Part shown: piece after piece, positions 1 through 12,846 of the stretch
How positions within the stretch are numbered: position 1 is the first letter of the stretch
How the letters are laid out: each line of letters begins with the position of its first letter
Assembly: GCF_001194135.2 (NCBI RefSeq)
Contig: NC_068984.1
Location: 114,771,488-114,835,487, forward strand
Length of the DNA stretch: 64,000 nucleotides
Source of the DNA: Octopus bimaculoides
Lineage: Eukaryota
Direction: 5' to 3'
Notes under the pieces: generated by a model
Told to the model about the DNA's origin: nothing
Database searches by the model: none
Seen by the model: only the letters and a program-made list of their open reading frames with translations
Position numbers and translations under genes: made by a program

Positions 1-786
1 TTATGTCCCTTTTCCTTTCAGCCAATACATAAAAAAAAGAAACTGACCAAATGATAAAAGAAAGTAAATAAGTATTAACTAAACCTAGTATAAGAAAATG
101 TATAGTTTTCACCAAAACTTTTATGACCAGAAGTATTTAAACTTTTTAAACCAGAAAATGACTCCTGAGAAATGCACACAAAATCCATTTTATTATGAAT
201 TGCTCTGGGATAAGGATGAAGTTTGATTAAATTTTTTTTTTTTAATGTTTGTTTTTTATTCTTCTGAAGTTACCTTTAACAACCATTTTGTTGTTGTTAC
301 TGAACTTAAAACCTGAGAAATTCTACAAGAGCCCAAATTTTTAACTTATTTTCCCCTTGCATCTTTAGCATTTAAACCGGTCATATGTTTTGTGTTCAAA
401 GTGGCCAGATCTGGCCTCTCACACCTACCTTACAATGTCATTCTAAAAACATCATCGAAATCTTGAAGCTATGAGATAATGCATAATTAAATCAAAACAA
501 TATGAATAAATAAGCATTACATTCAACAGAGTAATCTGAATGCTAGAGGGTTAATAGAGCATGTAAGATGAAATCTACCCCAAAGATCTATTCACTGTAA
601 AAGAAAAATTTAATGTCCATAATAACTTCATTCCATTTCAGTGCTTATACCATACAAAAACATAAATTTATTCATTTAGCAGCCTTGAAGTAAGTGAATA
701 GTAGAAATGGTGAAATCTTGACATTTCTAGTTTGGTTGCTTTCTAGATAAAAATCAGTTTTAGTAAGGGAGTTGCCGGTTACTTAC

Positions 787-918
787 CAGCCTTGTAGCTT
801 GGTTTTCTTGGGCATACGTGAGAGCGGTGGATCAAGACAGCCAAGATGGTAGTGTTTGCTACATGAATCACATTTGGCCAACAGATGTTGGTTTGTTGAT
901 TTCTTACAGATTCCACAA
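787..918 (-). CDS. PHF14: PHF14 exon 18, PHD finger (CGICKKSTNQHLLAKCDSCSKHYHLGCLDPPLSRMPKKTKLQGW); gene continues off-window
   Basis: ggcag acceptor and gtaagt donor, phase 2-2. Human has CGICKKNHDQHLLLLCDTCKLHYHLGCLDPPLTRMPRKTK. Confidence 0.96.
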
Positions 919-3512
919 CTGCCAATTAACAAGTTATATCTAATAAATAAATAGTAAGAAAAATCCTAAAGTTAATTTTGATGCATTAGCGATGGCCGTT
1001 TTTACATTGATTCTTTAATATTCTTGAACGGAGAAAGAACAATGAATACCTAGAGGCAAAATTTAGAAATGCTTTTAAATAAAAAGTCTGTCTAAAAAAA
1101 AAAAACAGTCATTAGGAATGAAGATAATCAAGTCACGTAGTAACAGAACTAAACAGCCAGAACCCACTACCCCCATCAAAGAAGTTGAAGAATTAAAGGT
1201 GAAAGTGGGATGATGAATTTGTCATGGTCATTATCTAAAAACATACTCAGACATCAGCATCATTTTAACATTCACTTTTTCATACTTGCATGGATCAGAT
1301 GGAGTTTATTGAGGTGGATTTTCTATAGATGTATGCCTTTACTGTCTCCAACCCTCAATTCTTTCAAAGCAAGATGATATTTCCCCATCACATGTTTTCA
1401 CAGAACACTGGAAACGAATAATAATGCTTGCATGACAGCGACACTCATCTACAAATGTCATGCAATATCAAGACGAGACACAAACACACACACACACACA
1501 TGTATGTACAATGATGGGCTTTTTCAAATTTCTGTCTGCCATATCCTCTCATATGACTTTGGTCAACCTAGGGCTACAGTAGAAGACATTTTACCCAAGG
1601 TATCACACAGCGGGAGAGAACCTGAAACCATGTGGCTGGTGTATTCCACAAAATCCAATTACACTTCAAACAAACAAAACTAATTTCCATTTGTTCCAGG
1701 GTGGGACTTATACAGTTGTACAACACAGTAGACTCACATAGTCAGTCTATTAAGATACAAAAGTGAGCCTTTAAATTTAGTTACTGAAACTAGCACAAAG
1801 TAAGAATGTGAAACTTTCAATGATACAAACTGTAAAAGTCCATGTATATTACATAGAAGCACTTATTCTTTTGTATGTTTCATTTTTCTATTTAACCCAC
1901 CTGAGACCAGCTGTGGTCCCATAATATGAACTTGCCACTTTAAAGTGATCTAAATTAAAACCTTCCTTCAAGATTTCAATGTTACTTTATGTTTCAAACA
2001 CCAGCTTAATAGAGACAAATATATTTTCAAATTAATTGAAAGCATGGCAGTGTATTTCAACAGAAATATGGGTAACAAAAAAGTTAATATATTCTTTCAA
2101 GTGCCACTCTGCATTTAGTTGGTCAACTGCATTCATAAGGAAATTACTATAATAAATATTATTATAAATAATATAACAGTGTTATATTATTCAATAAAAC
2201 ATCATTCCAGAAAAACAGGCCAATAAAACACATTTTTGTTTTTCTGAATCAATACAAAACTCAAAAATCATGCAATTTCAGAAGGTAAAGTTGTTAATCA
2301 TAGAATAAAAAAAAGAAGGGCATGAGAATGGAAATTTTAATAGAACTCTTTCGTGACTAAATCTTATCTACAAAATTAAAATAAGGGTTACAGTTAAGCC
2401 TATTTTTTATTACGTCTTTATTATAATTTAAGAAAAGTTATATTGAAACTTGAATCTGTTGTTCTAAATCTGATGGACATTTCAACATTATCATTAATTA
2501 TTATTATTTAATGTCCATCTTCCATACAGGAATTGGTTGGACTGTTTGCCACAATCCAATGGGTTGGAGAACTGCAACAAACTCCATTGTTTCTATAGCC
2601 CTTCCTAAAGCTAACTTCTTTATAGAGTGTACTGGGTGCTTTTTCGTGGCACTGGCATTAAGGAGCTATAGTTGTTGGCTACTAATAACAAAATATTGCC
2701 AAAAACACATCAGTGTTTTGAAAGACATTCTTGAAAGCAAAACAGTCTCATTTTTATTTAAATTCTTTAACTTTTTGATACATTTTTACATAATTAATAT
2801 GTGAATGTCTAGAAATAAGAATACACATTCCCTTTCTATAAAGATATTTCTGTTTATTATTAACAGAAATTTGAAATAAGCTTGTATGCCAATCAACGGC
2901 AATATGTATAAATCACAGATGCATATCTGGAAAACCCTAATTAAAACAAATTATTCACTGGCAAAATTTCCCCTTTTTGTTTTATATATACTGAAGATGG
3001 TTATAATCATCCTTATTATCTTTTTTAATGTCATATCCTATATATTATAAAACCACAATAGAGAAGTACTTATATATATATATATATATATATAAGTACT
3101 GCTCTATTGTTTTATGAGCTAATGTCTAAGCTGGCTGTCATACCTATCTTACTATACAGTTGTTTCAATTACTACCAACATCTCATAACAATCATTTTGT
3201 ACAGTCTTGCCATGCATTCATATTGTCCAATCATAATATTGAATTTTACCACACATTTATATAATATAGTCTTTTTTTTCTGAAAACAACACTTGATGCC
3301 CGCTGTACTTTTCTTAACATTGGATGGAATCATGGGAAATTAAGGGTTTCAGAATTAATGACTATTTAGTAAGCAGCAATGAAACAACAACAACAGCAGT
3401 TTTGAAGAACAGTAGAGAAGATAAATAAAATGGAAAGTTAAAAGGGGAAAAAGTGGGGGATGAGATAAAATGTTTTAAAAAGAAAAATGCAAATGTAGAA
3501 TAAGCAAAACTA

Positions 3513-3553
<41 letters not shown>

Positions 3554-3603
3554 AAGAGAGAGAGAGGAACTGACTGAACTGAAACTGAGGAAGCACAACT
3601 TAC

Positions 3604-3704
3604 TGTTGAATGGCAGGTGCTGAAGGAGATTTAGGTTGAGGGTCCCGTTTTGTTGGAGAGCGAGGAGATTTACGTACACGGAACATCTCTGGAGTGTTAA
3701 TTTC
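3604..3704 (-). CDS. PHF14: PHF14 exon 17 (EINTPEMFRVRKSPRSPTKRDPQPKSPSAPAIQ)
   Basis: tcatag acceptor and gtaagt donor. Its phase 0-2 exactly bridges exons 16 and 18. Confidence 0.82.
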
Positions 3705-4804
3705 CTATGAATTAATACCAAGGTTTTAGAATGAGACAAGACCAAAGTGGAACATTAAATAACAAATTATACCTAAGGTCATTCCTCAGACACTCAAAAT
3801 AAAAGATTATGGATGGACTCACAGAATCATTAAGAAAATTATTTGGTTTTGATGAAAGATTTATTTTCTTTAATCCTTTAGTACTCAGATTATTATGTTG
3901 AAGGTAATGCTTATTTATTCACATTGCTTTGTATTAACCATGCATTATCTTGTAGCTTTGAGATTTTGATGATGTGACAGTTTTATTCTTAGAATGACCT
4001 TGTAGGATATGTAGTAAAGGGTGGATCTGGTCAGTAGAATATTTTGGCCGGATTTGGCCAGTTTAAATGCTAAAAGGTTAATGCTCAAGTAGTTTATAGG
4101 TTAGAAGTCCAAATCCTTCGCAAAACTAATTCAGTTCTCCACTCTGACAAGACAGAAATTATTCTACTAGTACATGTTACCTGTCTCCACTTACAATGGA
4201 GTTAGTTTCAAGAAAGTTTATGATTTGTGTATTAAAAAAAATGTCCAACAGAACACATACTAATGCTGAAATCTGCAGATTAGCCTGAGTTTCAAGCTGT
4301 ACTTAAAGCAGTGTTTTTCATAGGGGGTGGTTCTATGAGATTTGAAAACCAGAGAGGACAAACAACAATAACAACAGCAGTAGCACATTTCTATGCTTAT
4401 GTGGGTCTGATGGAATTCGTTGAGGCAGATTTTGTATGGCCAGATGCCAACGCCCACCTAATCATTTGGCTAGACATGTTTTTTTGCAAAAACTGGAAAT
4501 AAACGACACTCATATACAACTATCATGTGACATCAAGACAAAGAGATACAAACACGAGTACACACACACACACACACACAATGGGTTTCTTTTAGTTTCT
4601 CTCAACTTAATCCACTCACAAGGTCTTGGGTAGCCTGAGGTAATGGTGGAAAGCTCTTACCCAAGGTACTATGTAGTAGGATTGAACCTCAAATCATGTG
4701 GTTGTGAGGCAAGCTTTTTAACCACAGAGCCATGCTTGTTTTCAAAGGGAGAAAACTATACATTACAAAAATGGTTATTAATGATAGTAAATTTTTATAT
4801 TTAC

Positions 4805-4900
4805 CTGTCCTGAAAGATCAGTTAAAATACTCCAGGTTTCTTCTCCGTTTTGTTGCAGCTTGTGAGTGGAATCTTTCAACCGATTCATTTCATTCAGTAA
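4805..4900 (-). CDS. PHF14: PHF14 exon 16 (LLNEMNRLKDSTHKLQQNGEETWSILTDLSGQ)
   Basis: ttttcag acceptor and gtaaat donor, phase 0-0. Human has KLRSEGQGIWALLGRITGQ. Confidence 0.87.
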
Positions 4901-5350
4901 CTGAAAAAATTCAAATATAAATACTAGAAACAGAATCACTCAGACAGCTGAAATCTAAATCATTTTCTCTCATCTACAGATAGGGGTCATACTAAAGAAA
5001 AAAAACAAAAAAAAGCCCTGTTATTGTTACATGTAAGTCTTAGTAATGCCTTATGTATCTAGTTTGGAAACTAAGAGTTTTGAATTCAATTCCCACAGGA
5101 ATTGAATATCTCTATAAGGAAAAGAAACAACAGCAAAAGAACGAAAACAAATGAAGTGAATAACCCCTAAGGTGTAAAAAAACAAAACAAAACAAAAAGC
5201 AGTCAATATATTTATACTCAGACATATTAGAACGCATATTAGAAACGGTTACATGCTGCACAGGTACAATTAGTGTATTCACAGATACCAAATAAACTGA
5301 CAAGGGAATAATGATGCTAGTCTACAAACAACATATTAGAATTCATCAAT

Positions 5351-5585
5351 GGCGGCGAGCTGGCAGAAACGTTAGCACGCCGGGCGAAATGCTTAACGGT
5401 ATTTCGTCTGCCGTTACGTTCTGAGTTCAAATTCCGCCGAGGTCGACTTTGCCTTTCATCCTTTTGGGGTCGATAAATTAAGTACCAGTTGTGTACTGAG
5501 GTCGATGTAATCGACTTAATCCCTTTGTCTGTACTTGTTTGTCCCCTCTATGTTTAGCCCCTTGTGGGCAATAAAGAAATAAGAA
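5351..5585 (+). mobile_element. tRNA-like SINE family C (~235 bp)
   Basis: GGCGGCGAGCTGGCAGAA...GAGTTCAAATTCC head and a central GCCTTTCATCCTTT(C/T)GGGGTCGATAAA domain. Copies at 48490-48723 (-) and about 55215-55440 (+); decayed copies near 18280, 27350, 46150, 47080 and 48310. Confidence 0.82.
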
Positions 5586-6465
5586 TTCATCAAATACTGC
5601 ACCATGTCCTGTCTCAGTTCTAAATATTTACACATTAAACTAGAAAGTGTGAAGGCACATGGTTCAGTGGTTAGGGCTCACAATCTGTTGTGTTTTTGAG
5701 CAAGACACTTTATTTCACATTGCTCCAGTTCACTCAGCTGTAGAAATGAGTTGTGACATCACTGGTGCCAAGCTGTATTGGCCTTTGCCTTTCCCTTGGA
5801 TAACATTAGTGGTGTGGAGAAGGGAGACCAGTATGCATGGGCGACTGCTGGACTTCCATAAACAACCTTGCCCGGATATGTGCCTCGGAGGGGAACTTTC
5901 TAGGCATATCCCATGGTCATTCATGACTGAAGGGGGTCTTTATCCTAAACTAGAGACAACACAAAAACAGTGTAATTCACACAATTACAGGCTGTATTCA
6001 GATATTGAGATTACTCACACATCTGGATAGCATTTAAAAAATATTTAAAAGAAAGCGTGTCCACTTATGATAAATCACTGCTGAGTTATCATACATGCAT
6101 AATATAGGGTCTCACATGCTAAAACATTTGTCTGGGGTAATTGATCTGTGACATATGCTTAGTCACCGAAAAAGTCTGCTCCTTCAGTTATCTGTTGTGG
6201 TGATGACGGTGGAAGAAGCATAAAAAAAAAGGAGGCAGAAGCTGAATAAGAAGGAAGAAAAAGAAGATGATGAAGGAGAAAGAGTGAAGGGAGAAAAAAA
6301 AAAGGAAGAAGAAAAGTAGCAGGAGGAGAACATCTACAACAAAAACAGTAGCAGCAACAAGGTCGAATTTGTCAATGTTATAATGAATTTATTTTTTTCA
6401 AGATTCTGTATTTAAATTTATTAATGCTCTGCTTTCTGACTTGAATTTTCTACATCATTACTTAC

Positions 6466-6572
6466 CTGATCATATTGGACTCTTAATATTTTTTGTTGTT
6501 CTTGAAGTTTACAGTTCTGAGTTGACAATTCCTTCATGTTAATTCTCATTGTATCTATACGAGCATTTCTAT
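6466..6572 (-). CDS. PHF14: PHF14 exon 15 (DRNARIDTMRINMKELSTQNCKLQEQQKILRVQYDQ), coiled coil
   Basis: ttatag acceptor and gtaagt donor, phase 1-0. Confidence 0.87.
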
Positions 6573-7862
6573 CTATAAAAATGATAAAAAAAGATCTTAC
6601 ATTAGTTTGTTATTAACTAATAAACTGAAAAAAATTTTTTTAATATACAAGTGTGTTCTAACTGCGAAACAACAGTTATTAACCAAATTCTTTCTTCGTA
6701 AGACTGTAAAACTTAGCTTGTGAGGAAATTTAAAAGCAGGGAATGTTTTGCTTTATTCATTAATTGTCTCACTACATGTTCGAAACTTTGTCATAAACAA
6801 TGGACTAAATGGTTTTCAAAGGAGGATTGTTGTTCTAATTGTACCAACGGACCTAACTGGAAATAGACTGGAGATTGCTGTTGTATTATCATCAACTCAA
6901 TTATATTATAATGAGCAATCAGCAGGGAACCATCTAAATGGCCACTCAATCTGCTAGAAACAGCAACCAAATACCCCTCAAATCACACCTTTTAAAAAAC
7001 AGAACACATTAGTGACTACAGTCATAGATATAATATGACAGACAAAAGAAAAAAAAAAGAGTGGGTGGGATGGTTACATCTAGAATGCCTCTCATCACAA
7101 AGCTGCTGGATCAGCACTGAGATGGGAGGGAGTTAATAAAAAACAACATGCTATGACAGTACACCCCTCATGCATCATCAATCAATGTTTGTGTTTTTTT
7201 TTCACTTCACGTTTGTCATTTTTCAGATTAAAACAATCTACTTTATTCCCTGGTTTCCCAGTCATATGGCAATTTAGGCAACATGTTCTCTACAGTCTAA
7301 CCATCATCATCAATACCATTTCACACCAGCTTTCCATGCTGGCATGACTTGGATTGGTCATCACAGTCTAAGTTGACTCCCATTGGGAACTATGGGAATA
7401 TGTCATTTGCATGTGTCATTTGTCTTAGTTACTGTGGTTGGATGCCCTTTCTAATGCCAACCACTATACAGTACTGGGTGCATTTTCTTGTGGTACCAAT
7501 ACTAGAAAGGTTAACTAGTCCTTGATGAGACAGGATAGAGGGACCTCAGAGCCCTACACTTTGTTGGCCATTTAACCAACCACTTTACAGTGTGAACAGG
7601 AGATGCCAAGTTTCTAATGTGTATTTTTTAATGCCTTTTTTAATGCCTTTTGTGAATGGTGGGTGAGAGGAGAGGAAGGGTTACTGGCATAAGAAGCAGC
7701 AGATCAAGACATTTAGTAATCCTGGTCTAAAAGCTTGTAACAGAGTTAACCCCACTAAAAGCTCAGAAAGGATAAGATGGTGATGTTAAACAATAAATAC
7801 AAAAAAACAAAGAAAGAAAGAAAAATCCTTCAAAAGATGAAATGAAAGATATACAAACATAC

Positions 7863-7953
7863 CAAGATAGTAGCTTATATATTCTAAGGACATGGCTGGC
7901 GACAAGTGCCACTTTTTCCGAGATTCTTGTTTATCTTGAGATACACTTTGGAC
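7863..7953 (-). CDS. PHF14: PHF14 exon 14 (VQSVSQDKQESRKKWHLSPAMSLEYISYYL)
   Basis: Long poly-T tract followed by ccag acceptor, gtatgt donor, phase 0-1. Human has RRKHKQPALTADFVNYYF. Confidence 0.87.
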
Positions 7954-7955
7954 CT

Positions 7956-7998
<43 letters not shown>

Positions 7999-8840
7999 GT
8001 TTGATGTTTGTTTTATGTTCATTATTTTTTTCAAGTTAATGCAGGATAGATGGAGATATCTTTTGAAGTAGCACTTTATAGCTGGATGCACTTCTTACTA
8101 TCAGCCCTTAATTGTTTTTCAAGTAAGGCGGACCTCTTTATTCCACTGGTCTTCAAAAGTGTAGAGTAACTGGTCATAATGTCAGCAGGGATTGTAAACC
8201 TGACATTACTGCTTTACTCACCTAGCAATAATTGACATGGCATGTCAACATCTGCACACACATACACACACAAGCAGACAGACATGCGTGCGTGCACACA
8301 CATAATTTATTGAAACTGAATGTTTATTTTGAGACTAGAGTTTCATGCCATTGCAATCTTCAAGCAAGAATTGTTACAATATTTTGTATACACACACACA
8401 CACTCAAGTTTCCATACAATTTCCCCTTCACCAATTGCATTCATAAGGAAAACGTATTTCATGTGTTCATTTTTACAACTGTTTATCCTTGTTAGCATGG
8501 TTAGACAAATACACTATTGGATGCCTTTCCTGTTACTAACCATTACCTATGTTTCAATTTTATTTTACATTCTTTGAAGGAGCAAAGCTGGCAGACAAAG
8601 AACTGACAGCAATGTTACTGCTGGTAATTGAGCAATATAGACAGAGAAGGCAAATATACATACACACAAGCACACATGTCTATATAAAAAGGAGCTTCTT
8701 TCAGTTTCTATCTCTCCACTCATAAGGGTTTAGTAGAAAACATTTAAATCAAGAGAACCTGAAAACATGTGGTTGGGAAGCAATATGCCATGACAGTACA
8801 CAAGGCCTGTGCCTATATATATATATATATATATATATAT

Positions 8841-9395
8841 NNNNNNNNNNNNNNNNNNNNNNNNNNNNNNNNNNNNNNNNNNNNNNNNNNNNNNNNNNNN
8901 NNNNNNNNNNNNNNNNNNNNNNNNNNNNNNNNNNNNNNNNNNNNNNNNNNNNNNNNNNNNNNNNNNNNNNNNNNNNNNNNNNNNNNNNNNNNNNNNNNNN
9001 NNNNNNNNNNNNNNNNNNNNNNNNNNNNNNNNNNNNNNNNNNNNNNNNNNNNNNNNNNNNNNNNNNNNNNNNNNNNNNNNNNNNNNNNNNNNNNNNNNNN
9101 NNNNNNNNNNNNNNNNNNNNNNNNNNNNNNNNNNNNNNNNNNNNNNNNNNNNNNNNNNNNNNNNNNNNNNNNNNNNNNNNNNNNNNNNNNNNNNNNNNNN
9201 NNNNNNNNNNNNNNNNNNNNNNNNNNNNNNNNNNNNNNNNNNNNNNNNNNNNNNNNNNNNNNNNNNNNNNNNNNNNNNNNNNNNNNNNNNNNNNNNNNNN
9301 NNNNNNNNNNNNNNNNNNNNNNNNNNNNNNNNNNNNNNNNNNNNNNNNNNNNNNNNNNNNNNNNNNNNNNNNNNNNNNNNNNNNNNNNNNNNNNN
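8841..9395. other. Assembly gap, probably hiding PHF14 exon 13. Other gaps: 9937-9946, 27054-27346, 29602-29890, 40535-41140, 54213-54222
   Basis: Runs of N, several bounded by (AT)n or poly-A. Confidence 0.95.
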
Positions 9396-10534
9396 AAAAA
9401 AAAAAAAAAAAAAACATTGAATTTAACAGATATTCTTTGAAAATGATAACTTGTAAAATTAACAAGCTGTACAAAAATCTGTAGAGTGAAAATGTTTTTG
9501 TAGAAATTCAAAACTTTAATAACACTTCAGATAATCATATATTTTGGATATTGAACAGAAATCATGGACTTGTGGATTCCCTTGCTGTAGATGACAGATG
9601 AAGCTTCAGCAATTTCTTGCTGAACAACTTGCACAGATTTGATTACTGTGGTCAAATGTCTCTGCTGTACATTAGCTCGTAAAATCAACATTGCCTGTAC
9701 AGGTGCATAGTGTCCCACATGTCTGAACAGAAATAAATTCATAAAAATCTCCCCTGCTTAAAGCATGCTGTATAATATATATCTCACAGGAAACTGATAT
9801 AATAGAAGCATTTTGAGTCTAGGTAATGCTGAGTCTTACAACCAAATGTCATTATATGCTATATATATATTGGATTGGTGCATAATTATTGTGGCTTTTT
9901 TTCAACAAATTTTATTCAACAAAAACATCTTTAAATNNNNNNNNNNATAAGTATATTTCTGTTGAACTACACTTTGCTTGTTTCAATTTACTTTTAAAAG
10001 GAAGTTAACAAAATAACTTTAATTTTTATCAAGCTAGTGTTTCGAATAAACACTTTAAAAATAGTAGGCTTGTATCATAGAACAAGGAACAATCTCAGAC
10101 AGGTCATTATCAAAAGGGTTAAGCATGGGCTACACTGGGTAATTGACACTCTCACCCCGTGCTAATGTATGATGTTAAAAGGGCCCTGAATGAGATATTG
10201 AATTTGCAGCTTGAGTTCAGATCAAGCTTCACACATTTCACGATATCTGAAAGCAAGAGCCTCTGTTTTACATTCTTCTATTGAATGTTATCTGCATCAA
10301 CTAGCATTCAAGATATTTGCCTCCACCTAAAAAGCACAAGAATTAATCCTTGACTAAATAACCCTAAAGGTCTGTGAAAAGAGATGAACTTAAAAAACAT
10401 CCTATGATGTCCTTAAGTTCAACTGATACCCCATTGGTGATAAATGTTGTAATGCATAGCAATAGACACAGGGAAATCTTAACAGCAGGGGCAGGTTGGT
10501 TCCTGTTAATTTAGATGATGACTTACAGCCTTAC

Positions 10535-10610
10535 CCCATGATGGTGTACTTCGTGCTTTTGCAAGAAGATACTTCTGACGACGCCTGTTCAGTTTCCTTT
10601 GAAATCTAGC
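10535..10610 (-). CDS. PHF14: PHF14 exon 12 (ARFQRKLNRRRQKYLLAKARSTPSW)
   Basis: tttttcag acceptor and gtaagg donor, phase 0-1. Aligns with human ARINARLQQYRAKAELARSTRPQAW. Confidence 0.85.
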
Positions 10611-11821
10611 CTGAAAAATAAGTTTAAGCACATATATATATATATATATAAGTATACACATACACACACACACACATCAAACAAAGAAGAGAGTAATCAC
10701 TACTAAAGTTGTAGTAAATATTTATGTCATATATACAGCTGGCCAGCCGTAGAAACTCTGCCAGATCAGATTGGAGCCTGGTGCAGCCTTCTGGCTTGCC
10801 AGTCCTCAGTCAAATCGTCCAACCCATGCTAGCATGGAAAATGGACGTTAAACGATGATGATGATGATGACACATGTCCTTGGTAGAAGCAGTCATATTA
10901 TGTGCAGAAGCTAATGTACGAAAAAGTAGAATAACATCTTATTATCATTATTTATGTCTAGCAGAACTGTTTAGTGCCTCAGACTAAATATTTTGTAGCA
11001 TTTCCTCTGCATCTTTACATTCTGGGTTCGAATCCATGCTGAGGTCAGCTTTACTTTTCCTCTTTTCAGAGTTGATAAAATAAAGCATCAGTCGAGTACC
11101 AGGATCAATGTAATCAACAACTTCATCCTTCTAAAACTATTGGCCCTGTGTTATAATTAGAAAAAATTATATCAGTCTACTTTCTAGGTTTTTACATTTT
11201 TAATATAATTATTCCAATATTAAAGAGCCAGTTTGCAAAATGTCTACAGCCTTCTATCCACCACCATCCCAGCTTAATAGCCAGTAGTCCCAACAAATAA
11301 GCATAGAGATAACCTTAGCTACCATAGACTACAGCAGTAAAATCTCTTTTACTGCCACAATATGAGCTCAACTGACATTATGGACAGATTTACCTCCCCT
11401 GTAGTATTGAGCCTTATGAAATGTCTCTTAACCTGGTAACACATCTCAAAGACAACTTCAGCTGTCTTAAGATTTGTACACTAAATTTCTCCTGCTCTCA
11501 TAAAGCCATGGTGAACACCTGTAGCATTATTATGGTCAGATAAGGTTTTTTCTGCCATAGTGACCCCTCTAGTATAAATAACTTGATAGTTAATTTTCCC
11601 ATCATCCTACCAAAACAATCAAGATTTGGAAGGTTTTCCCAAACTGATAGTCCTTTTTCTATCAATCAAACCTATAAATGTTTAATGAAGGGAATTAGAG
11701 AGGAGCTAAGTATTTTCATAATGATATGGGTGTAGCAATTTTAGTTATCTAACTTTTATAGCTTGTATTAGTTACAAATAGGTAAATACACACAAATTTT
11801 TTTTTCTTAAAATGTGCCTAC

Positions 11822-11962
11822 TTTTTCTTTTTCATCTTCTATCTCTTTTTCTGAATGCATTTTCACATGTGACTGAATGGCCAGCCAATTGCGTCTCTTT
11901 GCTCGAGCTGTTGTTTTGTCAGCATGCATTTTGCAGTATGCAAAAAATGGATCAGCAATATC
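11822..11962 (-). CDS. PHF14: PHF14 exon 11 (DIADPFFAYCKMHADKTTARAKRRNWLAIQSHVKMHSEKEIEDEKEK)
   Basis: tttcag acceptor and gtaggc donor, phase 0-0. Human has DIADPFFAYCKQHAD. Confidence 0.93.
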
Positions 11963-12246
11963 CTGAAATTACAAAATAATCAAAAATTGAAGAATTTTTT
12001 TCCCCACTGTATCATCACACACAAGACTGATAATTGAATCATTGATAATTGACATATTGATTACTTTAATACATGAGCTGGCATGCTGCTGATGAAGCTA
12101 ACAAGCAGAAATATAGTTTTTAAGATATTCTCTCAAAACAAATACTACAGTTTAAAAGGCTTTCAACATATACACATTTTAAGTATGTATACAGATGGTT
12201 AACTTTGAACACTGCTTCCATTGTCAATAATGAAAATATACATATT

Positions 12247-12289
<43 letters not shown>

Positions 12290-12754
12290 GGGTGCAATGT
12301 GTATATATACACACATACATACACACACACATTAATATTGAACAATGGGAATGAGTGCTCAACACCACATTGATGGATAAAGATTCTTTATTTATAGGTT
12401 AAGGTTACCATTAGTTTCATGTAAAAAGAGAAATCTCTTAACAATTACCAAACCTGCCACATGGAGGACTGGAGTTTGTCTACACACACACACACACATA
12501 TTATATTATATATGGTGGGCTTCTTTCAGTTTCCATCACTTACAAGGCTTTGGTTGGCTTGGGGCTATAGTATAACACATTTACCCAAGGTGCCATGCAG
12601 TGGGATTGAACCCATAACCATGTGGTTGGGAAGTAAACTTCTTAACCACACAGCCACACCTGAGCCTACCTTCATTTTTAGAGTACAACAGGGATTATTG
12701 AAAAAATGCGATTTAGAATTTTTCATGAAGAAATCAGATCATCATTAATAGTAG

Positions 12755-12756
<2 letters not shown>

Positions 12757-12791
<35 letters not shown>
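12757..12791. repeat. (TAG)n microsatellite beside the PHF14 exon 10 donor; representative of many (AT)n, (CA)n, (GA)n, (AAT)n and (GATA)n tracts
   Basis: Direct inspection. Confidence 0.95.
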
Positions 12792-12792
<1 letters not shown>

Positions 12793-12797
12793 CATAC

Positions 12798-12846
12798 CAT
12801 TACTTCTTCAGGAGGAGCTTCAGCTAATAAACCTTCTCGTTGAGCA
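12798..12846 (-). CDS. PHF14: PHF14 exon 10 (AQREGLLAEAPPEEVM); alternative donor could end the exon at 12804
   Basis: atgcag acceptor and gtatgt donor, phase 2-0. Human has AQKEGLLSEAAAEE. Confidence 0.9.

Noticed and set aside
8749-9511. Long ORFs spanning N runs (also at 26946-27426, 29544-29921 and 40456-41253)
   Set aside because: Artefacts of translating assembly gaps and adjacent (AT)n repeats.
9527-9742. 71-aa minus-strand ORF (GHYAPVQAMLILRANVQQ...) as the missing PHF14 exon or a nested gene
   Set aside because: No resemblance to the expected PHF14 segment in any frame, no suitable phase 1-0 splice pair, and no recognisable homology. It may be decayed TE sequence.
12087-12116. CTGATGA-A-GCT-AACA-AGC-AGAAA as a second hammerhead
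   Set aside because: There is an extra base before GAAA and no stem I complementarity; at best a decayed motif.
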